From Methylococcaceae bacterium (lineage in GTDB: Bacteria; Pseudomonadota; Gammaproteobacteria; Methylococcales; Methylomonadaceae): a stretch of DNA of 62,917 bases. The first letter of the stretch is position 1, and every line of letters begins with the position of its first letter. The notes under the pieces are model-generated. The model saw only the letters and a program-made list of their open reading frames with translations. It was not told where the DNA came from and ran no database searches. The position numbers and the translations under genes are program-made. The stretch spans positions 1 to 62,917 of the forward strand of contig DAOUSJ010000001.1 of NCBI GenBank assembly GCA_030627285.1, given 5' to 3'. Shown one piece after another: positions 1 through 9,675 of this stretch.

Positions 1-1451
1 CTGAATGTAATGATTTGTTTAATTTATTTAAAACTACTACTTATTATAGCCCTGAATTAATCTGGCAACGCTTTCAAATGGCTTTGGAAAAAGGCAAAAA
101 AGGCAACATTAGCTTAGCTAATTATTTACAAAAAACTTTGCCTAAATCAGATCAAGCAGCAGCAGCTTTATGGTTAAAAGTACATAAAAAGCCTACATTA
201 ATTACCAATAGCAAAAGTTGGAATAGTAAAAGTTTTAAAGCCGCAGATATTTTTGCACATGGATTAAGTAAACTATCTAGGAAAAATATTACTTTAGCGC
301 AAAAAACTTGGCGTGAACAACAACATAATTTTCAATTAAAAGATACTCAAAAAGATAAAGTTAAAAAATATTTTGGCTTGCGTTTAGCTTATCAAGGTAA
401 ATTTATTACCTCACATGATTATTTAAGCACTATAATTAAACCTGATTCTGAAGCACGTATTTGGCGAGTTCGCGTAGCATTGCGACTACAAAATTGGCGA
501 AACGTTCAAGCTGCGTTAGAAAATTTAAGTGTTGAAGAACAACAATTGGAAAACTGGCGTTATTGGCAAGCTCGGACTTGGGAGCAATTGAATCAAAATA
601 TTAAAGCACAAGCATTATTTACTGAATTAGCTCAAGAACGCAGTTATTATGGTTTTGCCGCGGCAGATAAAGTTAATTTGCCATATAAATTTAATAATGT
701 CCCTATTCCTGCAACCAGTACAGCTTTAGCCACATTTGCACAGCAACCAGCATTTCAAGTGGTTCAAGAATTACAAAATATAGGTCGTGAAACTGAAGCC
801 AAACGGCATTGGTGGTTTGCAATTAAATTAGCTGATAATGAGCAAATTAAAATGGCAGCAAAATTGGCACAACAATGGGGGCAAATTCCTACTGCAGTTT
901 TTACTGTGGCTAAGGCTAAATATTGGGATGATGTTGAATTACGTTTTCCTTTAGCATTTCAGTCAGAAATTAAATATTATGCGCAGCAACAAAATTTAAA
1001 TCCAGCGGTGGTTTTTGGTTTAATTCGACAAGAAAGTGTGTTTAATAGTCAAGCTGGATCGCACGTAGGCGCACGTGGATTAATGCAAATTATGCCAGCT
1101 ACTGGAAAGCAAATTGCTAGAGAATTAAAAGATAAATGGGGTTCTACAAGTAGCCTACACAACCCTAATACCAATATACGTTATGGAACTTATTATTATA
1201 AAAAATTGGTGAATAAGTTTGCTGGAAAATTCGCTTTAGCTGCGGCAGGTTATAATGCTGGCCCAAATAGGGTAAAACTTTGGCGACCTCAAGTGCAAAT
1301 GCCGATGGATATTTGGATAGAAACTATTCCATTTGATGAAACTAGAAAATATGTGTCAGTAGTTTTAATGAATACCATTATTTATCAAGATCGCTTGCAA
1401 CAAACGGGTTTAAAAATGCAAAATTTACTGCCTATGGTGCATCCAAAATAA
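1..1451 (+). CDS. slt: Soluble lytic murein transglycosylase (Slt70-like), 5'-truncated by the window edge
   Basis: The frame is open to position 1. The C-terminal SLT catalytic motif is present (RQESVFNSQAGSHVGARGLMQIMPATG, AGYNAGPNRV). The long superhelical N-terminal region is typical of Slt70. Confidence 0.85.
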   Translation, partial: ECNDLFNLFKTTTYYSPELIWQRFQMALEKGKKGNISLANYLQKTLPKSDQAAAALWLKVHKKPTLITNSKSWNSKSFKAADIFAHGLSKLSRKNITLAQKTWREQQHNFQLKDTQKDKVKKYFGLRLAYQGKFITSHDYLSTIIKPDSEARIWRVRVALRLQNWRNVQAALENLSVEEQQLENWRYWQARTWEQLNQNIKAQALFTELAQERSYYGFAAADKVNLPYKFNNVPIPATSTALATFAQQPAFQVVQELQNIGRETEAKRHWWFAIKLADNEQIKMAAKLAQQWGQIPTAVFTVAKAKYWDDVELRFPLAFQSEIKYYAQQQNLNPAVVFGLIRQESVFNSQAGSHVGARGLMQIMPATGKQIARELKDKWGSTSSLHNPNTNIRYGTYYYKKLVNKFAGKFALAAAGYNAGPNRVKLWRPQVQMPMDIWIETIPFDETRKYVSVVLMNTIIYQDRLQQTGLKMQNLLPMVHPK

Positions 1452-1525
1452 AATTCAGCTGATTTTTTTAAGTGTCTATATGATAATAGGCAGCTTCAAT
1501 AATAAAAACAACTAAGGTTAAGGGT

Positions 1526-2041
1526 ATGGAAAAGCAGCATCATTTTACACGTGAAGAATTATTAAAATCAGGCAGGGGCGAGTTATATGGCCCTAAAAAT
1601 GCGCAACTGCCATTACCAAATATGTTGATGATGGATAGAATTGCACATATTTCTGATGAAGGTGGAACCTTTGATAAGGGCGAAATGATTGCTGAATTAG
1701 ATATTACTCCTGATTTATGGTTTTTTGATTGTCATTTTCAAGGCGATCCTGTAATGCCAGGATGCTTAGGTTTAGATGCCATGTGGCAATTAGTGGGGTT
1801 TTATTTATGCTGGATGGGCGGTGCTGGTAAAGGACGCGCTTTGGGTGTTGGTGAAGTTAAATTTAAAGGTCAAGTTTTACCTACAGCTAAAAAAGTCACT
1901 TATCGAGTAAATTTAAAACGCGTTATTCTCAGAAAATTAGTTATGGGAATCGCAGATGCTACTATGGATGTAGATGGAAAAGTTATTTATACTGCCACCG
2001 ATCTAAGAGTGGGATTATTTACTTCAACCCAAAATTTCTAA
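1526..2041 (+). CDS. fabA: 3-hydroxydecanoyl-ACP dehydratase/isomerase
   Basis: 171 aa. FabA hot-dog fold motifs are present ([28 protein letters not shown]). It lies immediately upstream of fabB. Confidence 0.9.
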   Translation: MEKQHHFTREELLKSGRGELYGPKNAQLPLPNMLMMDRIAHISDEGGTFDKGEMIAELDITPDLWFFDCHFQGDPVMPGCLGLDAMWQLVGFYLCWMGGAGKGRALGVGEVKFKGQVLPTAKKVTYRVNLKRVILRKLVMGIADATMDVDGKVIYTATDLRVGLFTSTQNF

Positions 2042-2050
2042 GAGATCAAA

Positions 2051-3274
2051 ATGAAACGAGTAGTTATAACAGGATTAGGAATTGTTTCTAGCATCGGTAA
2101 TAATCGTGATGAAGTAGTAGCTTCATTAAAATCTGGCAAGTCTGGAGTAGTATTTGCAGATACCTATGCCGAATTAGGTTTTAGAAGTCATGTACATGCA
2201 CCAATTGATATTGATTTGAAAGAGTTTATTGATCGCAAAATCAAACGTTTCATGGGTGATGGCGCTGCATTTAATTATATTGCAATGCAACAAGCAATTG
2301 ATGATTCTGGACTTCAAGCCAATGAAGTTTCAAATTTCAAAACTGGTTTAGTGGTAGGTTCTGGCGGGCCTTCAACCGCAAATTTAGTTGAAGCCGCGGA
2401 TTTACTCCGTAGTAAAGGCATTAAGCGCGTCGGCCCTTATAGAGTTACCCGCAGCATGTCCAGCACTAATACTGCCTGTTTAGCCACGCCATTTAAAATT
2501 AAAGGCGTGAATTACACTATTAGTTCTGCTTGTGCCACTAGCGCGCATTGTATTGGTCACGCGATGGAATTAATTCAATTAGGCAAACAAGATGTAGTTT
2601 TTGCTGGTGGTGGCGAAGAAGTTGATTGGACGCTATCAGTATTATTTGATGGTATGGGAGCTTTGTCATCTAAATATAATGACTCTCCAGAAACTGCATC
2701 CAGACCTTATGATACTAGTCGTGATGGCTTTGTTATTTCAGGTGGAGGCGGAGTGTTAGTAGTAGAAGAATTAGAACATGCTAAAGCACGAGGTGCTAAA
2801 ATTTATGCTGAATTAACTGGCTATGGTGCAACTTCAGATGGTTATGATATGGTGCAACCTTCTGGAGAAGGCGCGGTTAGATGTATGCAACAAGCAATGG
2901 CAACCATGACCAGTGATAAAATTGATTATATAAATGCCCACGGCACTAGCACCCCAGTTGGTGATACTAGGGAATTAGAAGCTTTACGTAGTGTTTTTGG
3001 TGATACTCAAGTACCAGCTGTAAGTTCAACCAAGTGCCTTACAGGTCATGCTTTGGGTGCAGCTGGAGTCAATGAATCAATTTATTCACTCTTAATGATG
3101 CAAGAAAACTTTTTAAGTGCTTCAGCAAATATTACCGACTTAGATCCAAATGCAATAGATATTCCAATTGTACGTACTCGAAAAGATGAAGTAACTTTAA
3201 ACACTATTATGTCTAATAGTTTTGGTTTTGGTGGCACTAATGCAACCTTAATTTTTCAACGCTATACTGACTAA
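2051..3274 (+). CDS. fabB: Beta-ketoacyl-ACP synthase I
   Basis: 407 aa. Active-site region [23 protein letters not shown] and the C-terminal [15 protein letters not shown] are present. The fabA-fabB pairing supports the call. Confidence 0.9.
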   Translation: MKRVVITGLGIVSSIGNNRDEVVASLKSGKSGVVFADTYAELGFRSHVHAPIDIDLKEFIDRKIKRFMGDGAAFNYIAMQQAIDDSGLQANEVSNFKTGLVVGSGGPSTANLVEAADLLRSKGIKRVGPYRVTRSMSSTNTACLATPFKIKGVNYTISSACATSAHCIGHAMELIQLGKQDVVFAGGGEEVDWTLSVLFDGMGALSSKYNDSPETASRPYDTSRDGFVISGGGGVLVVEELEHAKARGAKIYAELTGYGATSDGYDMVQPSGEGAVRCMQQAMATMTSDKIDYINAHGTSTPVGDTRELEALRSVFGDTQVPAVSSTKCLTGHALGAAGVNESIYSLLMMQENFLSASANITDLDPNAIDIPIVRTRKDEVTLNTIMSNSFGFGGTNATLIFQRYTD

Positions 3275-3288
3275 AACCATTCCTACCT

Positions 3289-3315
3289 AAAGTTGGCAAA
3301 TTAATTGTCAACTTT
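3289..3315 (+). terminator. Weak AT-rich hairpin downstream of fabB (possible terminator)
   Basis: The arms are aaagttggc and gtcaacttt, pairing at 8 of 9 positions around a 9-nt loop. There is no clear T-run after the stem. Confidence 0.2.
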
Positions 3316-3332
3316 AATCATGCTAATTAATA

Positions 3333-4187
3333 ATGTCCGAATCAATTAAAAAATCCAGTCTTAAATTCAACAAATTACACAAACGTTTACGCCACGGAGT
3401 CGGTGATGCAATTGCTGATTACCAAATGATTACTGCTGGCGACAAAGTCATGGTATGTTTATCAGGCGGTAAAGATTCGTATGTAATGTTAACAATTTTA
3501 TTAAATTTACAAAAAACCGCACCCATAGATTTTGAAATAATTGCGGTTAATTTAGATCAAAAGCAACCTGATTTTCCAGAGCATATTTTACCTGAATACT
3601 TAACTGAAATTGGAGTTCCATTTCATATTATTAACCATGATACTTACAGTATAGTTAAACGTATTATCCCTGAAGGCAAAACTACTTGTAGCCTCTGTTC
3701 GCGTTTACGTCGTGGAAGTTTATATGCTTATGCAGCTGCCAATGGAGTTACCAAAATTGCTTTGGGACATCATAGAGATGATATTTTAGAAACGTTTTTT
3801 TTGAATATTTTTTATGGCGGCAAATTAAAAGCCATGCCACCTAAATTACTAAGTGATGACAAAAAAAATATTGTAATTCGTCCATTGGCTTATTGTCGTG
3901 AAAAAGATATTAGCCAGTTTGCAGCCTTAAAAAAATTTCCAATAATTCCGTGTAATTTATGTGGATCACAAACTAATTTACAACGTCAAGTCATGAAATC
4001 CATGTTAGAACAATGGGATAAGCAATTTCCTGGGCGTTTAGAAACTATTTTCACCAGTTTAAAAAACATTGCACCTTCACAACTTGCAGACACAGAATTA
4101 TTTGATTTTATTAATTTACAACAGGATCTTACACATATTAATCCTGAAGCTGACACAAATTCTGGCTTGAATATTTTAGAACTTTAG
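3333..4187 (+). CDS. ttcA: tRNA 2-thiocytidine(32) synthetase
   Basis: PP-loop SGGKDS is present, with the Cys motifs [10 protein letters not shown] and CNLCGS. Length is 284 aa. Confidence 0.9.
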   Translation: MSESIKKSSLKFNKLHKRLRHGVGDAIADYQMITAGDKVMVCLSGGKDSYVMLTILLNLQKTAPIDFEIIAVNLDQKQPDFPEHILPEYLTEIGVPFHIINHDTYSIVKRIIPEGKTTCSLCSRLRRGSLYAYAAANGVTKIALGHHRDDILETFFLNIFYGGKLKAMPPKLLSDDKKNIVIRPLAYCREKDISQFAALKKFPIIPCNLCGSQTNLQRQVMKSMLEQWDKQFPGRLETIFTSLKNIAPSQLADTELFDFINLQQDLTHINPEADTNSGLNILEL

Positions 4188-5296
4188 GAGCTTTTTTGAG
4201 TAAAAGTTAATCTTAAATCAGCACCAACTTGACGGGTGGATTGTAACTCCAAACATTTTTTATTTGCCATAGTATGCAATGTAGGTAAATTAAACAAACC
4301 ACGCCCATTATTACCCAAAATAACTGGTGCCATATATACAATCCATTCGTCTACCAAGCCAGATTCAAGTAACGCGCCATTTAAAGTTGCGCCAGCTTCA
4401 ACCAATACTTCATTGATTTGTTGCGTAGCTAAAAAATTAAACACCGCATTCAAATCTAAACGTCCTTGTTTTTCTGGCAGCACAAACACTTCAAAGCCAA
4501 CTTGTTCCAAAGCTCGTTGTTTATCATGATTATTACAACAAGTTAAAATCCAACTTCGTCCTGCTAATTGAGCCATTTTAATTGCTAGTGGCATTTGTAA
4601 ACTGCTATCTAAAATCACCCTTATAGGTTGTAACACCTCAATAGATAAACGCACATTTAAACTAGGGTTATCTGCCAATACAGTATTAATTCCAGTCAAA
4701 ATTACTGAACTTTCAGCTCTTAATCTTTGTACATCAGTACGTGCATCAGAACCTGTAATCCATTTGCTTTCTCCAGATGCCATTGCAGTTCTGCCATCTA
4801 AACTCATGGCCAATTTACTCCGCACAAAAGGTTTGCCTTGCGTCATTCTACTGACAAAACCACGATTCAAAGCTTGCGCTTCAGCTTCCAAAACTCCACA
4901 AATTACTTTTATACCAGCTTTCTTAAGTTTTTTTAAACCTTGCCCTGCAACCAATGGATTTGGATCTTGCATAGCTACAACCACTCTAGTAACACCAGCT
5001 TTAATTAAAGCTTTGCAACAAGGAGGAGTTTTACCCTGATGACTACAAGGCTCCAAAGTTACATATGCAGTTGCGCCTTTAGCATTATCCAACTGTTTTA
5101 AAGCAACAATTTCAGCATGATCTTGTCCAGCCTGTTGATGCCAACCAGTTGCAATAACTTGTTTATTTTTTACTATCACACAGCCAACACGCGGATTTGG
5201 ATCAGTGGTATAACGTCCTAATGCTGCTAACTCCAAAGCTTGGAGCATATAAAAGCTATCCTTTTTTGCATTCTTTGTAGCTGCTATCATATGCAT
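4184..5296 (-). CDS. ribD: Bifunctional riboflavin biosynthesis deaminase/reductase
   Basis: Deaminase zinc motifs are present ([18 protein letters not shown]). The C-terminal reductase domain is present ([11 protein letters not shown]). Confidence 0.9.
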   Translation of the reverse strand: MHMIAATKNAKKDSFYMLQALELAALGRYTTDPNPRVGCVIVKNKQVIATGWHQQAGQDHAEIVALKQLDNAKGATAYVTLEPCSHQGKTPPCCKALIKAGVTRVVVAMQDPNPLVAGQGLKKLKKAGIKVICGVLEAEAQALNRGFVSRMTQGKPFVRSKLAMSLDGRTAMASGESKWITGSDARTDVQRLRAESSVILTGINTVLADNPSLNVRLSIEVLQPIRVILDSSLQMPLAIKMAQLAGRSWILTCCNNHDKQRALEQVGFEVFVLPEKQGRLDLNAVFNFLATQQINEVLVEAGATLNGALLESGLVDEWIVYMAPVILGNNGRGLFNLPTLHTMANKKCLELQSTRQVGADLRLTFTQKSS

Positions 5297-5352
5297 AATC
5301 CTCTAAACATTATGACGACTCTAGTTGTCATTCAAATTCTCTTATAATCAAA

Positions 5353-6000
5353 ATGGCACTCAATACTGAAACTGAAGGCGTAATTAAATACCAATTGCAT
5401 CACACTATGAATAAATTACCAAATTATGCATGTATAAATGCAATTAATGCATGGCGAAAAATTCTAATTACATTAAACTTACTCGGGCAAGATCCGAATC
5501 GTTATGCAGGTTATGGTTTTGGAAATATTAGTCAACGTTTAAATGCACAGGAATTTATTATTACTGGTACTCAAACTGGTAATCTAGCCAGCTTAAAAAC
5601 TGCTGATTTTTGTGTAGTTACTCAAGCTCAACCAGAACAAAATCGCATTTATGCACTAGGAGAAACTCAACCATCATCTGAAGCTTTAACTCACGCCAGT
5701 ATTTATGCGCAAAACCCTGCAATTCAAAGTATTATCCATGTACATAGCCCTGAAATTTGGCGCAACACACACAAACTACAATTACATTTTACCCCTGCAA
5801 ATATTCCATATGGCTCTGTTCAAATGGCACATGCAGTAACAAAATTATTTAATCAATACATTCAGCAACCAGAAGCAATCTTCAGTTTATTAGGGCATGA
5901 AGACGGAATTGTTGCCTGTGCTAGTACACTAGCCAATGCAGGTGGTCTGCTGATTCAAAAACTCGCTAAAACATTAGAAATTGAATATGATTTAGTTTAA
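5353..6000 (+). CDS. Class II aldolase/adducin-family protein
   Basis: The motif QPSSEALTHASIYAQNPAIQSIIHVHSPE matches the class II aldolase signature (PSSE...H...IIHxHS). The specific function is unknown. Confidence 0.65.
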   Translation: MALNTETEGVIKYQLHHTMNKLPNYACINAINAWRKILITLNLLGQDPNRYAGYGFGNISQRLNAQEFIITGTQTGNLASLKTADFCVVTQAQPEQNRIYALGETQPSSEALTHASIYAQNPAIQSIIHVHSPEIWRNTHKLQLHFTPANIPYGSVQMAHAVTKLFNQYIQQPEAIFSLLGHEDGIVACASTLANAGGLLIQKLAKTLEIEYDLV

Positions 6001-6100
6001 ATTAACACACAAATAATTTGGATAAAAGATGCCGCTTTTCCATTAACATCTAAATAATTAAGGTGAAAGTACAGATAGTTAAATTTATTTAAAGCATGTA

Positions 6101-6129
6101 GATATTATGTTAGAATTGATATAATGTTA
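6101..6129. repeat. Tandem direct repeat upstream of the parA-like gene
   Basis: Units are gatattatgtta (6101-6112) and gatataatgtta (6118-6129), matching at 11 of 12 positions, 17 bp start to start. The second unit contains a TATAAT-like hexamer. Confidence 0.3.
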
Positions 6130-6234
6130 AGCTAAATTAAAACTGACCTAGTAACGCCAATTTGAAAGGTTAGGCACTCATGTTTTATGATAAAACTATT
6201 GACACTTAATTTATAAAAGGAAAATGTGTAAGAA

Positions 6235-7151
6235 ATGACTAAATTTATTGCGATATACAATAATAAAGGGGGCGTAGGTAAAACAACCTTATCACTATTT
6301 ATTTCTGATTTTTTATCATCTGTTACTATTAACAAAAAAAATCTAGGGTATTAGTAATTGATTTTGACCCTCAAGCATCATGCTCTAATGCAATATTAGG
6401 AATTGAAGATATAGCGGATATTAGAAGTAAAAAATTAACATTGTCTCATGCTATATTTGAAAAACATACAGAATTAAACTCTATAAATATAGATGATTAT
6501 ATTTTTTCTAGAAAAGAAAATAAAGATTTCAAAACAAGAAAAATAAAACTTGGAAACCTAGATATAATAACATCTTCCCCTGATTTAATAACAGAATTTG
6601 AAGAAATATCAACGCTAAATGATTCATTGAAATTATCGAAATGGTTAAAAAATAGCCTATCAGATAAGTATGATTTCGTATTTATAGATTTACCAGGTAA
6701 TTTATCAAAAAGAAATGGATTCCCTCTTATTGGAGCATTTTTAGCTAATTATTTTATAATTCCGACAGAGTTAAATAGAATAAATATAAATGCAATCCCA
6801 TTGACACTGCAAATACTTGATAACATTAAAGACTGGAGAGGAGAAGAAAATAAATATCAACTACTAGGATTTATACTAAATAAATTAGATAAAAGATCTA
6901 AGCAATATAAATTACACAAAGATGAGTTAGCTCAATTTGCAAATATATCTGAATGTAAAATATTTTATAATGCTCTTCCACCAACACCTAAACTTTCAAA
7001 TGCTGCCGATGATTCAATTGAATATTTTACATTATCAGATAGATATGATACATATTACAGTAGTGTTAGAAATTTAGTTTTCGAAATAGTAGAAAATTTA
7101 GGTTATATATTAAAAAATAAACCTTCTGCTAAAAAATCGGATACAAAATGA
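6235..7151 (+). pseudogene. ParA/Soj-family partition-type ATPase, frameshifted in an A8 tract
   Basis: The N-terminus MTKFIAIYNNKGGVGKTT (deviant Walker A) runs from 6235 and stops at about 6351. The continuation SRVLVIDFDPQ... is in the frame of ORF 6441..7151. An A9 or A6 tract instead of A8 (6334-6341) gives one continuous ParA of about 305 aa. Confidence 0.75.
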
Positions 7152-7165
7152 AAATTAACTCATAT

Positions 7166-7482
7166 ATGAAAAAATACTTTTTTTTACTTTGCTAATTCCA
7201 ATTGTTTCTGGGTGTGCTAATCATGTTCCAATGGATTGGCAAGCAACAGGTGGAAGTAGAGGAGATGGTACAGTTAAATTATCTATCCAATATGGAATCA
7301 ATGTAGACCCTCAGTTAAATGAACAACAAGGCTTGGATTTAGCTAAGCAAAGATGTATAGCATGGGGTTATCAAGGAGCAGAAGCATTCGGAGGAGTAAC
7401 GAAAGTTTGTAATCAATTTGATAGATACATAGGATGTCTTGATAATTATGTGACAAAAGAATATCAGTGTCTTGTGCAATAA
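7166..7482 (+). pseudogene. Small secreted lipoprotein (possibly YecR-like), signal peptide separated from the body by a T8 tract
   Basis: ATG at 7166 gives MKKYFFLLC followed by a stop. With T9 instead of T8 (7178-7185) the product reads MKKYFFFTLLIPIVSGCANHV..., a canonical lipobox signal. The TTG start at 7189 leaves only 8 residues before the lipobox Cys. Confidence 0.55.
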
Positions 7483-7531
7483 ATTAAGAAGAAAAAAACC
7501 CAGCGGACGGCTACCAATATAATAAAGTGTG

Positions 7532-7539
7532 TTGCGCAA
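7532..7539. promoter_or_regulatory. Perfect 8-bp palindrome TTGCGCAA upstream of higB (candidate HigA operator)
   Basis: It lies between a TATAAT hexamer (7518-7523) and the higB ATG (7567). A related TTGTGCAAT occurs at 7472-7480. Confidence 0.2.
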
Positions 7540-7566
7540 TATGCAAAAGTAGTTAATAATCAGCTT

Positions 7567-7845
7567 ATGATTAAATCATTTAAGCACAAAGTGCTTCAGC
7601 TATTCTTTGATAAGGAAAGTACAGCAGGAATTAATGCGGCTCATAAATCAAAATTGAAAATGAGGTTAGTAGCATTAGATACGGCGATCTCTATTGAAGA
7701 TATAAACTTACCAGGTTTTCGTTTACATTCTTTAAAAGGGAATAAAGAAGGACTTTGGGCAATTGATGTAAATAAAAATTGGCGCATTACTTTTGAGTTT
7801 AGAGAAGGCGATGCGTATATTTTAGATTATGAGGATTATCACTAA
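7567..7845 (+). CDS. higB: HigB toxin (RelE/ParE superfamily, plasmid-maintenance killer type)
   Basis: 92 aa. It reads MIKSF..., ...LHSLKGNKEGLWAIDVNKNWRITFEF. The toxin-first order and the 1-nt TAATG overlap with the antitoxin support the call. Confidence 0.85.
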   Translation: MIKSFKHKVLQLFFDKESTAGINAAHKSKLKMRLVALDTAISIEDINLPGFRLHSLKGNKEGLWAIDVNKNWRITFEFREGDAYILDYEDYH

Positions 7846-8132
7846 TGAGTATGTATAACCCACCACATCCAGGGAAGTTTATTCGTGAAATTTATCTTGA
7901 ACCATTAAAGGTAAGCTATAGAGCTGTTGCTTTAAAATTACATGTTGCTCCATCAACATTTAACCGTTTAATTCAAGGACAAAGTAACATCAGCTCTGAA
8001 ATGGCATTAAGACTTTCAAAAACATTAGGGCGTAGCCCCGAAAGTTGGTTGGCAATGCAAAGCAATTACAATCTTTGGCAAGCTAAACAACACTTGAATT
8101 TAGACGAAGTAGAACAATTAGCAATATCCTAA
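7845..8132 (+). CDS. higA: HigA antitoxin (XRE-type HTH)
   Basis: 95 aa. PHPGKFIREIYLEPLKVSYRAVALKLHVAPSTFNRLIQGQSNISSEMALRLSK is the typical HigA antidote HTH. Confidence 0.85.
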   Translation: MSMYNPPHPGKFIREIYLEPLKVSYRAVALKLHVAPSTFNRLIQGQSNISSEMALRLSKTLGRSPESWLAMQSNYNLWQAKQHLNLDEVEQLAIS

Positions 8133-8222
8133 CAAAAACTCAGTGGACACGCTAAAAGTCGTCAAAATCTGCCCAAATTTTTATTTAGAATAATATACTA
8201 AACAACAAGAGCGTACAAATTC

Positions 8223-8471
8223 ATGCCTAACATATTAATATATACCGCTAATTTATGTCCATATTGCACTATGGCAAAAAGATTATTCGATAAAAAAGGG
8301 TTATCTTATGAAGAAATTAATGTTGATTCAAAAGCTGGATTGCGCCAAGAAATGATGCAAAAAACTCAACGTAGAACCGTGCCGCAAATTTATATTGGTT
8401 CACATCATGTAGGTGGATTTGATGATTTATACGCTTTGGAACGCTCCAATAAACTTGAAAATTTATTATAA
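8223..8471 (+). CDS. grxC: Glutaredoxin 3
   Basis: 82 aa with the CPYC active site and TVPQIYIGSHHVGGFDDL. Confidence 0.85.
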   Translation: MPNILIYTANLCPYCTMAKRLFDKKGLSYEEINVDSKAGLRQEMMQKTQRRTVPQIYIGSHHVGGFDDLYALERSNKLENLL

Positions 8472-9647
8472 TCCTCGCTCCAAATCGCGTTGTATATCTA
8501 ACACATTTTCTAAACCTACAGAAATTCTGACTAAATTAGCTTTTATTCCTGCTAAAGCTCTTATTTCTGGAGCTAACCTACCATGAGTAGTGCTAGCAGG
8601 ATGAGTAATAGTGGTTTTCACATCACCTAAATTAGCCGTAATTGATAACATTTCGGTGGCATTAATTAATTGCCAAGCTTTATCTTTACCACCTTTTAAT
8701 TCAAAACTTACTACTCCACCAAAATGACTTTGTTGACGTTTAGCTAATTCATGTTGGGCATGAGATTTTAACCCAGGATAATGTACTTTTAACACTTGTG
8801 GTTGTTGTTCTAACCATTTAGCCAAGGTGAAAGCATTATCACAATGTGCTTGCATACGCACTGCTAAAGTTTCTAAACCACTAGCAAATACCCAAGCATT
8901 AAAAGCACTCATAGTTGCACCACCAGTACGCAAATATGGATAAATAAATTGGTCAATAATGTCATTGTTGGCTATTACCGCACCACCTACACATCGCCCT
9001 TGACCATCAATATATTTAGTGGCTGAATGCAAAACAATGTCTGCGCCTAGTGTTAATGGTTGTTGTAAAATTGGAGTACAAAACACATTATCTACAATCA
9101 ATAAACAATCATGCTTATGTGCAATCTTAGCTAAAGCAGCAATATCAACGATTTCAATCAATGGATTTGAGGGTGTTTCAACAAATAAAAACCTAGTATT
9201 AGGTTTAATAGCTGCTTCCCAAGCTACTAAATCAATTAAATTCACACAATCAGTGCTAACTCCAAATTTGCCAAAATAGTTTTGAAACAACAAAATTGTA
9301 TTGCCAAATACATTGCGTGAACATACAACATGATCGCCAGATTTTAATAAACCCATACCAACCGCCATAATAGCAGCCATGCCAGATGCAAATGCTACAC
9401 AACGTTCACCCTGTTCCATAAGAGCTAAACGTTGTTGAAATGCATCTACAGTTGGATTGGTAAATCTGGAATAAATATTGCCACTTTCTTGTCCAGTAAA
9501 CCTTAAAGCTGCTGCTTCTGCAGATTCAAACACATAACTAGAAGTTGCGTAAATTGGCAAACTATGTTCTTCTTCAGCACTACGTCTATGACCTACACGG
9601 ATGGCTTGAGTTTCAGGAGCATACTTATCCCAATCTATTTCCGTCAT
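8466..9647 (-). CDS. metZ: O-succinylhomoserine sulfhydrylase (Cys/Met-metabolism PLP enzyme)
   Basis: It belongs to the cystathionine gamma-synthase family (YSRFTNPTV; PLP-Lys region HSATKYIDGQG). It lies directly downstream of purF, as in pseudomonad metZ. Confidence 0.7.
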   Translation of the reverse strand: MTEIDWDKYAPETQAIRVGHRRSAEEEHSLPIYATSSYVFESAEAAALRFTGQESGNIYSRFTNPTVDAFQQRLALMEQGERCVAFASGMAAIMAVGMGLLKSGDHVVCSRNVFGNTILLFQNYFGKFGVSTDCVNLIDLVAWEAAIKPNTRFLFVETPSNPLIEIVDIAALAKIAHKHDCLLIVDNVFCTPILQQPLTLGADIVLHSATKYIDGQGRCVGGAVIANNDIIDQFIYPYLRTGGATMSAFNAWVFASGLETLAVRMQAHCDNAFTLAKWLEQQPQVLKVHYPGLKSHAQHELAKRQQSHFGGVVSFELKGGKDKAWQLINATEMLSITANLGDVKTTITHPASTTHGRLAPEIRALAGIKANLVRISVGLENVLDIQRDLERGL

Positions 9648-9675
9648 ATTAATTTCCTAAATATTATCAATTATT

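Noticed and set aside
5297-5352. A possible FMN riboswitch upstream of ribD.
   Set aside because: Only 56 bp separate ribD from the divergent aldolase gene. That is far too short for an FMN element, and there is no conserved RFN-like sequence.
6132-6335. A 67-aa minus-strand ORF upstream of and overlapping the parA-like gene.
   Set aside because: It overlaps the Walker-A-encoding N-terminus of the parA-like gene on the plus strand (6235 onward), which is far better supported. I saw no motifs in it.
6001-8222. Direct repeats (att-like sites) flanking the ParA/higBA islet.
   Set aside because: Only short AT-rich similarities were seen, such as aaatttattta against aaatttttattta. That is not distinguishable from low-complexity background by eye, and no integrase is present.
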